From NCBI GenBank assembly GCA_963766505.1, contig CAVYAL010000004.1:38733-102732 (forward strand): a stretch of DNA of 64,000 nucleotides, written 5' to 3'. This DNA is from an uncultured Gammaproteobacteria bacterium (GTDB lineage: Bacteria > Pseudomonadota > Gammaproteobacteria > Steroidobacterales > Steroidobacteraceae). Positions 33,234 through 46,293 of the stretch are shown piece by piece. Within the stretch, counting starts at the first letter, position 1, and every line of letters begins with the position of its first letter. Under the pieces are notes generated by a model. The model was not told where the DNA came from and ran no database searches. It saw only the letters and a program-made list of their open reading frames with translations. Made by a program: the position numbers and the translations under genes.

Positions 33234-35162
33234 TCATACCTCCAAAACATTACGGCCGCGGCTCGCGACTTCCCCGACAAGGCCTCTTGCGATTGCCTCG
33301 AGGGGCATCGCACCGAGGTCCTTGCCGGCGCGCGTGCGCACGGCCAACGACTCAGACCCTGCCTCGCGGTCGCCCGCGACCAGCAGGTACGGAACCCGCT
33401 GCAGGGTGTGCTCGCGGATTTTAAAGCCGACCTTCTCGTTTCGCAAATCTGTTTCGACCCGAAGCCCCTGATTTTTCAGGAATTCGACGGCCCGCTGGCA
33501 GTACCCCTCCTGGGCATCCGTGATATTCAGCACCACGGCCTGTACCGGCGCCAGCCAGGCCGGCAGCCGGCCGGCATGATGCTCGATCAGGATGCCGATA
33601 AAACGCTCCAGCGAGCCGAACAGCGCGCGATGCAGCATCACCGGGGAGTGCTTCTGGCTGTCCTCGGCGATGAAACTGGCTCCGAGCCGGGCCGGGAGAT
33701 TCAGGTCCACCTGCAGCGTGCCGCATTGCCAGTCCCTGCCGATCGCGTCCCTGAGCACGAACTCGAGCTTCGGACCGTAGAAGGCGCCCTCGCCCGGGTT
33801 CAAGCCGTACTCGAGCCCGGCGGCCTCCACGGCCGCCTTCAGGGCCGCCTCTGAGCGGTCCCAGGTCTCGTCCGAGCCTATGCGCTTCTCGGGGCGGTCC
33901 GAGAACTTGACCAGCACGTCCTCGAAGCCGAAATCGCGATAGATGTCGAGGATCAGCCGGGTCACGGCGATGCACTCGTCCTGCAATTGGTCCTCGGTGC
34001 AGAAGATGTGCGCGTCGTCCTGGGTGAAGGCCCGCACCCGCATCAGCCCGTGCAGCGCACCGGAGGGCTCGTAGCGGTGCACCTTGCCGAACTCCGAGTA
34101 GCGCAACGGCAGGTCCCGGTAGCTCTTCAGACCCTGCTTGAACACCTGCACGTGCCCGGGACAGTTCATCGGCTTCATGCAGAACTTGCGCTCGTCCGCG
34201 GTCTCGGCGATGTACATGTTCTCGCCGAACTTCTCCATGTGGCCCGACTGCACCCAGAGGCTCACGTCCATCAGGTCAGGGGTGTTGATCTCCTGGTAGC
34301 CCGCGTCATCCTGGCGCGCGCGCATGTAGTCGATCAGCGTCTGGAACACGGTCCAGCCCTTCGGGTGCCAGAACACCGCGCCGGGAGCCTCCTCCTGGAA
34401 ATGGAAGAGATCCTGCTCCTTGCCGATACGACGATGATCGCGCTTTTCGGCCTCCTCCAGCCTGTGCAGATAGGCCTTCAGGCTCTTCTCGTCCGGCCAG
34501 GCCGTGCCATAGATGCGCTGGAGCATCTCGTTGCGCGAGTCGCCGCGCCAGTAGGCGCCGGCCACCTTCATCAGCTTGAAGGCTCCGAGCTTGCCGGTGC
34601 TGGGCACGTGCGGGCCGCGGCAGAGGTCGAACCATTCGCCCTGCCCGTAAAGACTGATGTCCTCACCCGGCGGTATCGAGGCGATGATCTCTGCCTTGTA
34701 GTACTCGCCAAGGCGCTTGAAGGTCTCGATCGCCTCGTCGCGCGGCATGACGCGTCGCTCGACAGTCAGGTCGGCCTTCGCCAGCTCGCGCATCCTGGCC
34801 TCGAAGCGCTCGAGGTCCTCCGGCGTGAACGGCCGGCTGTAGGCGAAATCGTAGTAGAAGCCGTCTTCGATAACCGGGCCGATCGTGACCTGGGCGTCCG
34901 GATAGATTTGCTGAACCGCCTGCGCAAGCAGGTGCGCCGTCGAGTGCCGGATGATCTCGAGACCTTCCGGATCACGCGCGGTGACTATTGCCACCGCTGC
35001 ATCCGACTCGATCGGGCAGGAGGTATCGACCAGGCGGCCGTCCACCTTTCCGGCCAGCGCGGCCTTGGCGAGACCGGGACCGATGTCGGCGGCGACCTGC
35101 GCCACCGTTACCGGGTCGGCATAGCTGCGCTGGCTGCCGTCTGGCAGTGTTAGGACGGGCAT
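33234..35162 (-). CDS. thrS: Threonine--tRNA ligase
   Basis: [14 protein letters not shown] (TGS domain), [11 protein letters not shown] editing domain, class II core and anticodon-binding domain. 642 aa. Confidence 0.97.
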   Translation of the reverse strand: MPVLTLPDGSQRSYADPVTVAQVAADIGPGLAKAALAGKVDGRLVDTSCPIESDAAVAIVTARDPEGLEIIRHSTAHLLAQAVQQIYPDAQVTIGPVIEDGFYYDFAYSRPFTPEDLERFEARMRELAKADLTVERRVMPRDEAIETFKRLGEYYKAEIIASIPPGEDISLYGQGEWFDLCRGPHVPSTGKLGAFKLMKVAGAYWRGDSRNEMLQRIYGTAWPDEKSLKAYLHRLEEAEKRDHRRIGKEQDLFHFQEEAPGAVFWHPKGWTVFQTLIDYMRARQDDAGYQEINTPDLMDVSLWVQSGHMEKFGENMYIAETADERKFCMKPMNCPGHVQVFKQGLKSYRDLPLRYSEFGKVHRYEPSGALHGLMRVRAFTQDDAHIFCTEDQLQDECIAVTRLILDIYRDFGFEDVLVKFSDRPEKRIGSDETWDRSEAALKAAVEAAGLEYGLNPGEGAFYGPKLEFVLRDAIGRDWQCGTLQVDLNLPARLGASFIAEDSQKHSPVMLHRALFGSLERFIGILIEHHAGRLPAWLAPVQAVVLNITDAQEGYCQRAVEFLKNQGLRVETDLRNEKVGFKIREHTLQRVPYLLVAGDREAGSESLAVRTRAGKDLGAMPLEAIARGLVGEVASRGRNVLEV

Positions 35163-35184
35163 GGGTGCTTCTGTGGCCGGATCG

Positions 35185-35259
35185 TGGTGGGCGCGCCTGG
35201 GATCGAACCAGGGACCCCTACCATGTCAAGGTAGTGCTCTACCGCTGAGCTACGCGCCC
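35185..35259 (-). tRNA. tRNA-Val (anticodon GAC), CCA encoded
   Basis: GGGCGCG-ta-GCTC-agcggta-GAGC-a-CTACC-ttGACat-GGTAG-gggtc-CCTGG-ttcgatc-CCAGG-CGCGCCC-a-CCA. Confidence 0.9.
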
Positions 35260-35335
35260 GAAAACGAGCCGCGAAGAATACAGCAAGCCTCCAGCCGATT
35301 GCTAGTGGCCCGCGCCCCGGATTCCTGAAATGGGA

Positions 35336-35386
35336 CACTAAAGGGGACAGATTTATTTGAGCCAAATAAATCTGTCCCCTTTAGTG
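35336..35386. repeat. Perfect inverted repeat, 24-bp arms and 3-nt loop, AT-rich core
   Basis: CACTAAAGGGGACAGATTTATTTG-agc-CAAATAAATCTGTCCCCTTTAGTG, 18 nt downstream of the uvrB stop. Confidence 0.9.
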
Positions 35387-35403
35387 CTTGCCCTTCCGGC
35401 GCG

Positions 35404-37431
<2,028 letters not shown>

Positions 37432-37454
37432 CGTCTGCGTTATCGCTTGGGGAG

Positions 37455-38690
37455 GTGGCGGACAATCCCCTAAAATACCTGTTCCCATCCGTTGCCGGTA
37501 ACCCCCCAGTGCCCGTCGAACTCTCCGAGCGCCTAAAACGCGTCAAGCCCTCCCCTACCGTCGCCTTGACCGGTCGCGTCGCCAGGCTCAAGGCCGAGGG
37601 GCGCGACATCATCGGCCTCGGCATCGGCGAGCCGGACTTCGACACTCCTCGGCACATCGCGGAAGCCGGAATCCAGGCGATCCGCGCCGGCTTTACCCGT
37701 TACACGGCCGTCGAGGGTATCCCGGAGCTGAAGGACGCGATCATCGGGAAGTTCCGGCGGGACAACTCCATCGAGTACGGCCGCCCGCAGATTCTCGTCT
37801 CGACCGGCGCGAAGCAGACGATCTACAACCTGATCATGGCCGTGGTGGACCCGGGCGACGAGGTCGTCATCCCGGCCCCCTACTGGGTCTCCTACCCGGA
37901 CATGGCGCTGCTCGCCGAGGGCGAGCCGGTGACCCCCTATGCCGGAGCCGAGCAGGGCTACAAGATCACTCCGCAGCAGCTCGAGGCTGCGATCACTGCG
38001 AAGACCAAGCTCTTCATCCTCAACAGCCCGAGCAATCCGACCGGCGCGGCCTACACGCGCGCAGAGCTCGCGGCGCTCGGATCCGTGCTGGCGAGACATC
38101 CGCGGGTCGTAATCTGCACGGATGACATGTACGAGAAGATCTACTGGGCCAGCGAGCCTTTCTGCAGCCTGCTCACGGTCTGTCCGCAGCTCTACGACCG
38201 GACGGTCACGGTGAACGGCGTGTCGAAGAGCTACGCGATGACCGGCTGGCGCATCGGCTATGCGGGCGGCCCGGTCGAGATCATAAACGCCATGTCCGCG
38301 ATCCAGAGCCAGAGCACCTCGAACCCCGTATCCATCTCGCAGAAAGCGGCGACCGCGGCTATCGGTGGTGACCAGCGCTGCGTCGCGGAGATGAACGAGC
38401 ACTTCAAGGCACGCCACGACTTCTTCAATGCCGGGCTGAACTCCCTGCCGGGATTCCGCGTGCTGCCCGCGGCGGGTACGTTTTACGCCTGGTGCGACGT
38501 GTCGGCTGCGATCGAGCGGCTCGGGCTGGCCGATGACGCCGGTTTTGCGGAGTTCCTGCTCGAAAAAGCCGGGGTCGCCGGCGTGCCGGGCTCGGGTTTC
38601 GGGGCCCCGGGACACATCCGGTTTTCGTTCGCGGTCGGCATGAAAACACTGGAGCAGGCCCTGGAGCGGATGGGCAAGGCCCTCGCTTGA
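37455..38690 (+). CDS. Class I pyridoxal-phosphate aminotransferase (aspartate/aromatic type)
   Basis: [36 protein letters not shown]. The start is uncertain: GTG 37455 lies only 23 nt from the uvrB ATG, and GTG 37509 is an alternative. Confidence 0.85.
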   Translation: MADNPLKYLFPSVAGNPPVPVELSERLKRVKPSPTVALTGRVARLKAEGRDIIGLGIGEPDFDTPRHIAEAGIQAIRAGFTRYTAVEGIPELKDAIIGKFRRDNSIEYGRPQILVSTGAKQTIYNLIMAVVDPGDEVVIPAPYWVSYPDMALLAEGEPVTPYAGAEQGYKITPQQLEAAITAKTKLFILNSPSNPTGAAYTRAELAALGSVLARHPRVVICTDDMYEKIYWASEPFCSLLTVCPQLYDRTVTVNGVSKSYAMTGWRIGYAGGPVEIINAMSAIQSQSTSNPVSISQKAATAAIGGDQRCVAEMNEHFKARHDFFNAGLNSLPGFRVLPAAGTFYAWCDVSAAIERLGLADDAGFAEFLLEKAGVAGVPGSGFGAPGHIRFSFAVGMKTLEQALERMGKALA

Positions 38691-38703
38691 GGCGCCGCGA
38701 TTC

Positions 38704-38732
38704 TTGACTCGGGCGCCGGCAGGCCCGAAAAT
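38704..38732 (+). promoter_or_regulatory. Putative promoter for tRNA-Asn
   Basis: TTGACT-N17-GAAAAT, about 70 nt upstream of the tRNA. Confidence 0.4.
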
Positions 38733-38802
38733 TTGCGGCTCCGCAGATTACGGGGTCCGGGGGTCCGATCCACGATCGACCTCGGACCGGATCGGCTACG
38801 GT

Positions 38803-38877
38803 TCCGACATAGCTCAGCGGTAGAGCAACTGACTGTTAATCAGTGGGTCCCTGGTTCGAATCCAGGTGTCGGAGCCA
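38803..38877 (+). tRNA. tRNA-Asn (anticodon GTT), CCA encoded
   Basis: TCCGACA-ta-GCTC-agcggta-GAGC-a-ACTGA-ctGTTaa-TCAGT-gggtc-CCTGG-ttcgaat-CCAGG-TGTCGGA-g-CCA. Confidence 0.9.
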
Positions 38878-38903
38878 CTTTCTGCAAGGCCCCGCGGTTC
38901 AAG

Positions 38904-40211
38904 TCAAGCGCTCGCCGCCGCCTCGAGTCGCGGCGCCGAAAGCGCGCGCAGCGAGTCCGCGACGATGTCGAGTCCCTCGCTGACGATCTCGTCAGAGGCA
39001 GTGAGCGGCACCAGGAAGCGGACCACGTTGCCGTAGATGCCGCAGGAGAGCAGGATCAGTCCGCGGGCCGCGGCTTCCTTGACCAGCGCCTTGGCCAGGT
39101 CCGCGTCCGGCGCATGCGGGTCGCCGTTCCTGACGAGTTCCATCGCAACCATGGCGCCCAGCCCCCGGACCTCACCGATGGCCGGATTGTCCCGCGCCAG
39201 CTGCCGCAGACGCGCGACAAGAGTCTCGCCGATCTTCACGGCACGCTCGGACAGTCGCTCGCTCTCGATGACATCGAGCACCGCGAGCGCCGCGGCACAG
39301 GCGATCGGGGAAGCGGCGTAGGTTCCGCCGAGGCCGCCCGGCGCCGGTGCATCCATGATCTCGGCACGGCCTGCGACAGCCGCCAGCGGGAACCCGCCGG
39401 CGAGGCTCTTCGCCATCGTGAGCAGATCCGGTTCGACGCCCGCATGCTCGATGGCGAACATCCTGCCGGTGCGCGCGAAACCGGTCTGGATCTCGTCGAT
39501 CACGAGCACGATACCGTGCTGGTCGCATAGCCGACGCAGCGCGCGCAGGAATTCCGGCGGCGCGATGTAGAAACCGCCCTCGCCCATGACCGGCTCGACG
39601 ACGATCGCAGCCACGCGCGCGGGATCGATGTCGAACTTGAAGATCCTCTCGATGCCCGCGAGGCTGTCCTCGACGCTGACGCCGTGGTACGGAATCGGGA
39701 ACGGGGCGTGAAAGACCTCGGCCGGAAACGGCCCGAAGCCGGTCTTGTACGGCGCCACCTTGCCGGTCAGCGCCATCGCCATGAAAGTCCGACCATGAAA
39801 TCCGCCGCCGAAGCCGATCACGCCTGGCCGCCCGGTGTGGACGCGAGCGATCTTCAGCGCATTCTCGACCGCTTCCGCGCCGGTGGTGACGAAGATCGAC
39901 TTCGTCGGTCCTGCGATCGGCACCAGTGCATTGAGCCTCTCCGCAAGCTCCACAGCAACCGCGTAGGGCGTGACCATGAAGCAGGTATGGCTGAACGCTT
40001 CGAGCTGACGGGCCGCCGCCTCCTGCACGGCTGGATGCAGGTGCCCGGTGTTGAGCACGGCGATCCCGCCCGCGAAGTCGATGTAGCGGCGTCCCTCGAC
40101 GTCCCAGAGCTCCGCGTTTCGGGCACGCTCAACGTACACGGGCAGCATGTTGGAGATTCCGCGCGCGATGGCCGCATCGCGACGTTGCTGCAGCAGCGGG
40201 TTGCTTGACAT
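38904..40211 (-). CDS. gabT: 4-aminobutyrate--2-oxoglutarate transaminase (class III aminotransferase)
   Basis: ELWDVEGRRYIDFAGGIAVLNTGHLHP, FVTTGAEAVENALKIAR, FHGRT, DEIQTGFARTG, TMAKSLAGGFP. Confidence 0.85.
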   Translation of the reverse strand: MSSNPLLQQRRDAAIARGISNMLPVYVERARNAELWDVEGRRYIDFAGGIAVLNTGHLHPAVQEAAARQLEAFSHTCFMVTPYAVAVELAERLNALVPIAGPTKSIFVTTGAEAVENALKIARVHTGRPGVIGFGGGFHGRTFMAMALTGKVAPYKTGFGPFPAEVFHAPFPIPYHGVSVEDSLAGIERIFKFDIDPARVAAIVVEPVMGEGGFYIAPPEFLRALRRLCDQHGIVLVIDEIQTGFARTGRMFAIEHAGVEPDLLTMAKSLAGGFPLAAVAGRAEIMDAPAPGGLGGTYAASPIACAAALAVLDVIESERLSERAVKIGETLVARLRQLARDNPAIGEVRGLGAMVAMELVRNGDPHAPDADLAKALVKEAAARGLILLSCGIYGNVVRFLVPLTASDEIVSEGLDIVADSLRALSAPRLEAAASA

Positions 40212-40240
40212 CGAGTACTCCGAGGTTCCTGTAGTGCCGG

Positions 40241-41125
40241 TCAGCCGCCGGGCCGTCCGGTCGGGAGTTGCGAGAGATACTCCGCGAAGCGGTCGCCGAG
40301 GATCTCGTGTTTCAGAGCGAGCTCAACGGTGGCTTGCAGGTAACCGAGCTTCGAGCCGCAATCGTAGCGCTTGCCCTCGAAGGCGTATGCATAGACCGTC
40401 TCGTCCGCCAGCAGCGCAGCGATGCCATCGGTCAGCTGTATCTCGCCGCCGGCTCCGCGACCGGTCGCTTCCAGCTTGTCGTAGACGGCCGGAGTGAGCA
40501 GATAGCGGCCTACGACGGCGAGGTTCGAGGGCGCTTCCTCGGGCCTGGGCTTTTCCACCATGCGCCGCACCCGCGACAGCCGGTCATCGACCGGGTCTGC
40601 TGCGACGATGCCGTACTTATCGGTATCCTGCGGGCTCACCGTCTCGACGCCGAGCACGCTTGCCTCGTGCTCTTCGAAAACCCGCGCCATCTGCTTCAGG
40701 CAGGGCTCGTCCGCAGCGATGAGGTCGTCCGCGAGGTGAATGAAGAAGGGTTCGTTTCCGACAGCAGGTCGCGAACAGAGCACTGCGTGTCCCAGCCCCA
40801 GCGGCGCCGGCTGGCGGATGTAGATGCAGCTCGCCCACGACGGCACGATGCTGCGCACGGCCTCCAGCAGCTCGATCTTGCCCTGGGTCTCGAGCTCCCG
40901 CTCGAGCTCCTGGTCCGTGTCGAAGTGATCCTCGATCGCGCGCTTCGACGTGCCCGTGATGAACACCAGCTTGTCGGCGCCGGCCGCGAGCGCCTCCTCG
41001 GCCGCGTACTGGATCAGCGGCTTGTCGACGATCGGCAGCATCTCCTTCGGACTGGCCTTGGTGGCAGGCAGGAAGCGCGTACCTCGCCCCGCCACTGGAA
41101 ATACCGCCGTCCTGATCCTCGTCAT
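40241..41125 (-). CDS. galU: UTP--glucose-1-phosphate uridylyltransferase
   Basis: [48 protein letters not shown]. Confidence 0.95.
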   Translation of the reverse strand: MTRIRTAVFPVAGRGTRFLPATKASPKEMLPIVDKPLIQYAAEEALAAGADKLVFITGTSKRAIEDHFDTDQELERELETQGKIELLEAVRSIVPSWASCIYIRQPAPLGLGHAVLCSRPAVGNEPFFIHLADDLIAADEPCLKQMARVFEEHEASVLGVETVSPQDTDKYGIVAADPVDDRLSRVRRMVEKPRPEEAPSNLAVVGRYLLTPAVYDKLEATGRGAGGEIQLTDGIAALLADETVYAYAFEGKRYDCGSKLGYLQATVELALKHEILGDRFAEYLSQLPTGRPGG

Positions 41126-41237
41126 TCACCGACCCCGCGATTTCATGCTCGACGCCAGAGCATGATACCGGAGGCGGTCGCCGCCCTCCATTTGGCCGCG
41201 GGGACCGGCGCCTGTTCGACGCCGGCCCCGTGACGAG

Positions 41238-41549
41238 TCAGCGCTTCGATGCAGGTTTCTGCGCGGCTGCGCCGGTACCTGCCTTGCCCAGCTGGATGCT
41301 GGAACGGTTCTGCTCGAGAACCCTCGCGCCGATGCCCTTGACCTTCAGCAAGTCATCCGCAGACTTGAACGGCCCGTTCTCCTCCCTGTATTCGACGATC
41401 GCCTGGGCTTTCGCCGGGCCGATTCCGTCGAGTTCCGCTGCAATGGTCGCGGCGTCCGCCGAGTTGATGTTGACCGGGCCCGCCCACGCGGCGGCGGGAA
41501 GCAGGCTTGCGATCAGCGCTTGAACGATCCGTCTGGATCCCTGTTTCAT
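41238..41549 (-). CDS. ComEA-family helix-hairpin-helix DNA-binding protein (secreted)
   Basis: Signal peptide followed by VNINSADAATIAAELDGIGPAKAQAIVEYREENGPFKSADDLLKVKGIG. AAGGAGG RBS. Confidence 0.85.
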   Translation of the reverse strand: MKQGSRRIVQALIASLLPAAAWAGPVNINSADAATIAAELDGIGPAKAQAIVEYREENGPFKSADDLLKVKGIGARVLEQNRSSIQLGKAGTGAAAQKPASKR

Positions 41550-41704
41550 GTTTGCCTCCTTGGCATGCTCACCCCGGCCGGAATCGGCCGTGGCCGGACG
41601 AGGAAACTATCCGAGCGGCGAGGTGAATGCGCCATGCAAACGCGACGGAAACGCGCAGATTGAGAAAGCCGGCGGAGCCGAGGCGCCCGGCAACCCCCGG
41701 GCGA

Positions 41705-42013
41705 TCATTCCGGAGGATCCACCCTGGCGGTCTCCACCGCAGGCGGCGCCGAGCCCGGCCGCGACTCTGCGAGCCGCAGTGCATTGCGCAGCCGGCCCCG
41801 CTCCGCAAGCAGCCGCGCGATCCAGTTCGATCGCCACAGCGCACCCGCGAGAACGCCTCCCGCGAAGGCGATGGTAAGGGCGAGACCCGAGGAAACCCCG
41901 AATTCCAGGAAGCCGATGTCGACGTCGAACCGCTGCTGGTTCAGCGCCGTAAACAACAGCGCTACCAGGAACAGCAGCACGACTGCAGAAACGAGTGCGA
42001 TTCGCCGCAGCAT
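41705..42013 (-). CDS. lapA: LapA/YciS-like inner-membrane protein (DUF1049)
   Basis: 102 aa with two TM helices. Sits downstream of ihfB, as in many gammaproteobacteria. Confidence 0.65.
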   Translation of the reverse strand: MLRRIALVSAVVLLFLVALLFTALNQQRFDVDIGFLEFGVSSGLALTIAFAGGVLAGALWRSNWIARLLAERGRLRNALRLAESRPGSAPPAVETARVDPPE

Positions 42014-42066
42014 TGCCAGGAATGTCCGTCAGGCCAGACCGCAGTCTAGCAGCCGCCGAAAGCCCC

Positions 42067-42396
42067 TCAGGCGCCCTCTTCCAGCTGCTGGGCCTCGAGC
42101 GGCTCGTTGACGCGCTCGCGCAGGTCCTTGCCCGGCTTGAAATGCGGCACGTACTTTCCGGCCAGCGCCACCGTCTCGCCGGTCTTCGGATTGCGCCCCT
42201 GGCGCGGAGGCCTGAAATGCAGGCTGAAGCTGCCGAAACCGCGGATCTCGATGCGCTCGCCGCGAGCCAGCGCGTCGCTCATGATCTCGAGTATCTGCTT
42301 GACGGCGAGTTCGACGTCCTTGGCCGGCAGGTGACTCTGCTTAGCGGCGATGAGCTCGATGAGTTCAGACTTCGTGATACTGCGCTCGCCGTCCAC
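42067..42396 (-). CDS. ihfB: Integration host factor beta subunit
   Basis: ...[27 protein letters not shown]...[38 protein letters not shown]. The start is set at GTG 42396, preceded by a G-rich tract. Confidence 0.9.
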   Translation of the reverse strand: MDGERSITKSELIELIAAKQSHLPAKDVELAVKQILEIMSDALARGERIEIRGFGSFSLHFRPPRQGRNPKTGETVALAGKYVPHFKPGKDLRERVNEPLEAQQLEEGA

Positions 42397-42480
42397 CCTG
42401 ACACCCCCCCGCGAATCGTTGTCTGTGCGCCTTTCGCGGCAAGTCCGTGGCACCTTCCGGTGCCACGGACCCGCGGACGA

Positions 42481-44154
42481 TCAGCTGTCCTGCCCTGAGA
42501 TCTGCTCCTTCAGCAGGTCGCCGAGGCTGGTGCCGGTAGTCGAGTCGGAACGGTAGTTCTGAACTGCCTCCGCTTCCTCGCTCATCTCCTTGGCCTTGAT
42601 CGAGAGCGCGATGGTGCGGACCTTGCGGTCGACGGCGAGGAACTTGGCCTCGATCTCGTCACCCGCCTTGAGCACGGTACGAGCGTCCTCGACGCGGTCC
42701 CGCGACAGCTCCGAAGCACGCAGGTAGCCTTCGATGCCGCCCTCGAGGTCGACTATCGCGCCCTTGGCGTCGACTTCGCGCACAACGCCATTAACGATGC
42801 TGCCCTTCGGGTGCTCGGCGATCCAGCTGGAGAAAGGATCCTTTGCCAGCTGCTTGACGCTGAGCGAGATCCGCTCGCGTTCGGGATCGATCGCGACAAC
42901 GACGGCCTCGACTTCCTGGCCCTTCTGGTAGCTGCGAATGGCTTCCTCGCCCGGCAAGTCCCAGGAGAGGTCCGACAGATGCACCAGTCCGTCGATGCCG
43001 CCCGGCAGGCCGATGAACAGGCCGAAATCGGTGATCGACCGGACCTGTCCGCCGACGTGATCGCCCCGGTTGTAGTTCTCCGCGAACTCGCGCCAGGGGT
43101 TGGGCTTGCACTGCTTGATGCCGAGCGAGATGCGCCGACGTTCCTCGTCGATGTCGAGGACCATGACCTCGACTTCCTCGCCGATGTGCACGACCTTCGA
43201 CGGGTTGACGTTCTTGTTCGTCCAGTCCATCTCGGAAACGTGAACGAGACCCTCGACACCCTCCTCGATCTCGACGAAGCAGCCGTAGTCGGCGATGTTG
43301 GTGACCTTGCCGAACAGCCGCGTCCCGGCCGGGTAGCGCCGTGCAATGTCGTCCCACGGATCCGCGCCGAGCTGCTTGAGCCCCAGGCTCACGCGCTGGC
43401 GCTCGCGATCGAACTTCAGGATCCGGACGTCGATCTCGTCGCCGACATTGACGACCTCGGAGGGGTGCTTGACCCGCTTCCAGGCCATGTCCGTGATGTG
43501 CAGCAGGCCGTCGATCCCGCCGAGATCCACGAACGCGCCGTAGTCGGTGAGGTTCTTGACCACGCCCCGGATCACGGCGCCTTCCTGCAGCTTGTCGAGC
43601 AGTTCGCTGCGCTCGGCGCTGTATTCCTGCTCCACGACGGCGCGGCGCGAAACGACCACGTTGTTGCGCTTCTGGTCGAGCTTGATGACCTTGAACTCGA
43701 GCGTCTTGCCCTCGAGATAGCTCGGGTCGCGCACGGGGCGCACGTCCACGAGCGAACCCGGCAGGAATGCCCGCACGAAATCGATGTCGACGGTGAAGCC
43801 GCCCTTGACACGGCCGTTGATCAGACCGGACACGGTCTCGCCTTCCTCGAACGCCTTCTCCAGGCGCTCCCAGGTGCGGGCCCGCTTGGCCTTCTCACGC
43901 GACAGGCGGGTTTCGCCGGAGCCGTCCTCGACGCTGTCGAGTGCGACCTCGACTTCATCGCCGACGCTGACCTCGATCTCGCCGCGCTCGTTCTTGAACT
44001 GCTGCGTGGGGATGACCGCTTCGGACTTCAGGCCGGCACTGACCAGGACTACGTCAGCATTAACGTCAATGACGCGGCCGGTGAGAATCTGGCCAGGGCG
44101 TATACGCTGACTCGCCAGGCTCTCTTCGAACAGTTGGGCAAAGCTCTCGCTCAT
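42481..44154 (-). CDS. rpsA: 30S ribosomal protein S1
   Basis: [13 protein letters not shown]... with six S1 repeats, 557 aa. Confidence 0.97.
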   Translation of the reverse strand: MSESFAQLFEESLASQRIRPGQILTGRVIDVNADVVLVSAGLKSEAVIPTQQFKNERGEIEVSVGDEVEVALDSVEDGSGETRLSREKAKRARTWERLEKAFEEGETVSGLINGRVKGGFTVDIDFVRAFLPGSLVDVRPVRDPSYLEGKTLEFKVIKLDQKRNNVVVSRRAVVEQEYSAERSELLDKLQEGAVIRGVVKNLTDYGAFVDLGGIDGLLHITDMAWKRVKHPSEVVNVGDEIDVRILKFDRERQRVSLGLKQLGADPWDDIARRYPAGTRLFGKVTNIADYGCFVEIEEGVEGLVHVSEMDWTNKNVNPSKVVHIGEEVEVMVLDIDEERRRISLGIKQCKPNPWREFAENYNRGDHVGGQVRSITDFGLFIGLPGGIDGLVHLSDLSWDLPGEEAIRSYQKGQEVEAVVVAIDPERERISLSVKQLAKDPFSSWIAEHPKGSIVNGVVREVDAKGAIVDLEGGIEGYLRASELSRDRVEDARTVLKAGDEIEAKFLAVDRKVRTIALSIKAKEMSEEAEAVQNYRSDSTTGTSLGDLLKEQISGQDS

Positions 44155-44253
44155 TTAAAATTGCTTCCGGGGTCTCTTGCGACCCATGTCCACGCCAGCT
44201 TCCCGCCAACGAGGGTTGATTGAATAACACCCCGGCGTCCTGCCAGGTGCATC

Positions 44254-44292
44254 AAGAAAACGACACCGCCCCGCAAGCGCGGCAGCGGTGTC
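44254..44292 (-). terminator. Rho-independent terminator after cmk
   Basis: Minus strand GACACCGCtgCCGC-gcttgc-GGGGCGGTGTC followed by GTTTTCTT. Confidence 0.6.
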
Positions 44293-44296
44293 TCCG

Positions 44297-44980
44297 TCAG
44301 TGAATCGCGGCTATCCTGGACCGGGCGAGATCCTCGATCTGCGCAACCACCGACTCGACACCGATATTGGTCGAGTCTATGACCACGGCGTCGGCCGAAG
44401 CCCTGAGGGGCGCCACGGACCGGTTGGCGTCACGATGATCCCGCTCGCGGATTTCCCGCGAAAGGTCGGCTAGATTAACAGTAAGTCCCTTTTCTTTCAA
44501 CTGCTTATGACGCCTCCGCGCCCGTTCCTCCGGGCTCGCCGTGAGGAAGATCTTCAGCGGCGCGTCCGGGAATACGATCGATCCCATGTCGCGCCCGTCG
44601 GCGACCAGGCCCGGCGGCTGCGCGAACCCGCGCTGGCGACCGATCAGCGCCGCCCGCACCGCCGGCATCGCGGCAACCCGCGAGGCTGCGCTGCCAGTGG
44701 ACTCGCTGCGAAGCTCGCCCGTCACGTCCCGCCCGTCGAGCAGCACGCGCTCCTCGCCGGTGGCGTCCACCTCGAACCGGGCATCTAGACCGGCGGCGAC
44801 CGCCGCGTGTCCGGCCTCGTCCTGCGGATCGAGGCCCCTTGCGATCCCGGCCAGCGCCACGAGGCGATAGAGCGCACCGCTGTCGAGCAGGTGCCATCCC
44901 AGCCGCCGCGCCAGCAGCCGGCTGACGGTACCCTTGCCAGACCCGCTCGGTCCGTCGATCGCGATCACGGGAACGCTCAT
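44297..44980 (-). CDS. cmk: Cytidylate kinase
   Basis: [20 protein letters not shown], full length. Confidence 0.95.
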   Translation of the reverse strand: MSVPVIAIDGPSGSGKGTVSRLLARRLGWHLLDSGALYRLVALAGIARGLDPQDEAGHAAVAAGLDARFEVDATGEERVLLDGRDVTGELRSESTGSAASRVAAMPAVRAALIGRQRGFAQPPGLVADGRDMGSIVFPDAPLKIFLTASPEERARRRHKQLKEKGLTVNLADLSREIRERDHRDANRSVAPLRASADAVVIDSTNIGVESVVAQIEDLARSRIAAIH

Positions 44981-44990
44981 CTGAGGGTCC

Positions 44991-46292
44991 TCAGGTACGT
45001 TCCTCGAGACGCATGCCGACCGACCGCGTCAGCGCCACGAATCCAGGGAAAGACGTGGCGACATTCGCCGCATCGAGGATCTCGATGGCCTCCCTGGCGC
45101 GCAGGCCGGCGACGACGAAGGACATCGCTACCCGGTGATCGCCGCAGCTGTCCACGGTGCCACCGCCGATCGCTCCGCCGGTGATCCTCAGGCCGTCCGG
45201 CAGCACCTCGCTGGCTATCCCTGTCCGGGCGAGCCCCTGCGCCATCGTCGCGATCCGGTCGCTTTCCTTGACGCGCAGTTCCGCGGCACCCGTGACGACG
45301 GTCTCCCCTTCGGCGCAGGCGGCGGCAATGAAAACCGCCGGCAGTTCGTCGATTGCGAGCGGCACCAGCCGTTCAGGCACGACGACTCCCCGCAGCGTCG
45401 CCGGGCGCACCTCGATGTCCGCCACCGGCTCGCTGCCCAGGCTGCGATGGTTGAGAAGTCGCAGGTCGGCTCCCATCAGCGCGAGTATCTCGAGCAGCCC
45501 GGTGCGGGTCGGGTTGACCCCGACGCCGCGAATCACGAAGGGCTCGCTGGCCCCGATGCAGGCTGCGACGATCAGGAACGCGGCCGACGAGAAGTCCCCG
45601 GGAACCTCGACGTCCGTGCCGTGCAACTCATCCGGTGGCTCCAGGACAACCTCGCCCTGCCGGGACGTGACCCTGCATCCGAAGCTCTGCAGCATCCGCT
45701 CGGAATGATCACGCGTGACGGCGGGCTCGACGACCGTAGTCGGGCCGTCCGCGTAGAGTCCAGCGAGCAGCAGCGCCGACTTCACCTGGGCACTGGCGAC
45801 CGGCATCGCATAGCGGATGCCGCGCAGCGGCGGCGCGGACGAGATCCGCACGGGAGGGCGTCCATCGCTCGTCGCGATGCTTGCACCCATCAGGCGCAGC
45901 GGCACGGCCACCCGCTCCATCGGTCGCCGCATCAGTGACGCATCCCCGACCAGCACCGAATCGAAGGGCTGCCCGCTCAGCAGTCCCATGAACAGTCGCA
46001 TCGCCGTTCCGGCATTGCCCATGTCCAGCTCGACCGCCGGGGCGGCGAGTCCGCGCAGCCCGGCGCCCTCGACGATCACCGTTGCCGGCGACGGCCTGTG
46101 CACGCTAGCCCCGAGCCGCTGGACCGCGGCCAGCGTTGCCAGACAGTCCTCCCCCTCGAGGAAGCCGCTGATACGGCTTCGCCCGCTCGCAATCGCACCG
46201 AGCATCAGCGCCCGGTGCGAGATCGACTTGTCACCCGGGACCGTCGCCTCCCCGGCGATCCGCCCTCCCGGCTCGACCCGATAGGAACTCAT
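44991..46292 (-). CDS. aroA: 3-phosphoshikimate 1-carboxyvinyltransferase (EPSP synthase)
   Basis: [43 protein letters not shown]. The start at ATG 46292 is 1 nt after the pheA stop. Confidence 0.95.
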   Translation of the reverse strand: MSSYRVEPGGRIAGEATVPGDKSISHRALMLGAIASGRSRISGFLEGEDCLATLAAVQRLGASVHRPSPATVIVEGAGLRGLAAPAVELDMGNAGTAMRLFMGLLSGQPFDSVLVGDASLMRRPMERVAVPLRLMGASIATSDGRPPVRISSAPPLRGIRYAMPVASAQVKSALLLAGLYADGPTTVVEPAVTRDHSERMLQSFGCRVTSRQGEVVLEPPDELHGTDVEVPGDFSSAAFLIVAACIGASEPFVIRGVGVNPTRTGLLEILALMGADLRLLNHRSLGSEPVADIEVRPATLRGVVVPERLVPLAIDELPAVFIAAACAEGETVVTGAAELRVKESDRIATMAQGLARTGIASEVLPDGLRITGGAIGGGTVDSCGDHRVAMSFVVAGLRAREAIEILDAANVATSFPGFVALTRSVGMRLEERT

Positions 46293-46293
46293 C

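Noticed and set aside
35336-35386. The palindrome as a LexA or Fur operator.
   Set aside because: It contains ACAG...CTGT in the wrong order and spacing for LexA, and it has no similarity to the Fur box. It also lies downstream, not upstream, of uvrB.
37432-37510. A LexA (SOS) box upstream of uvrB.
   Set aside because: No CTGT-N8-ACAG or other obvious palindrome is seen in the short divergent uvrB/aminotransferase spacer.
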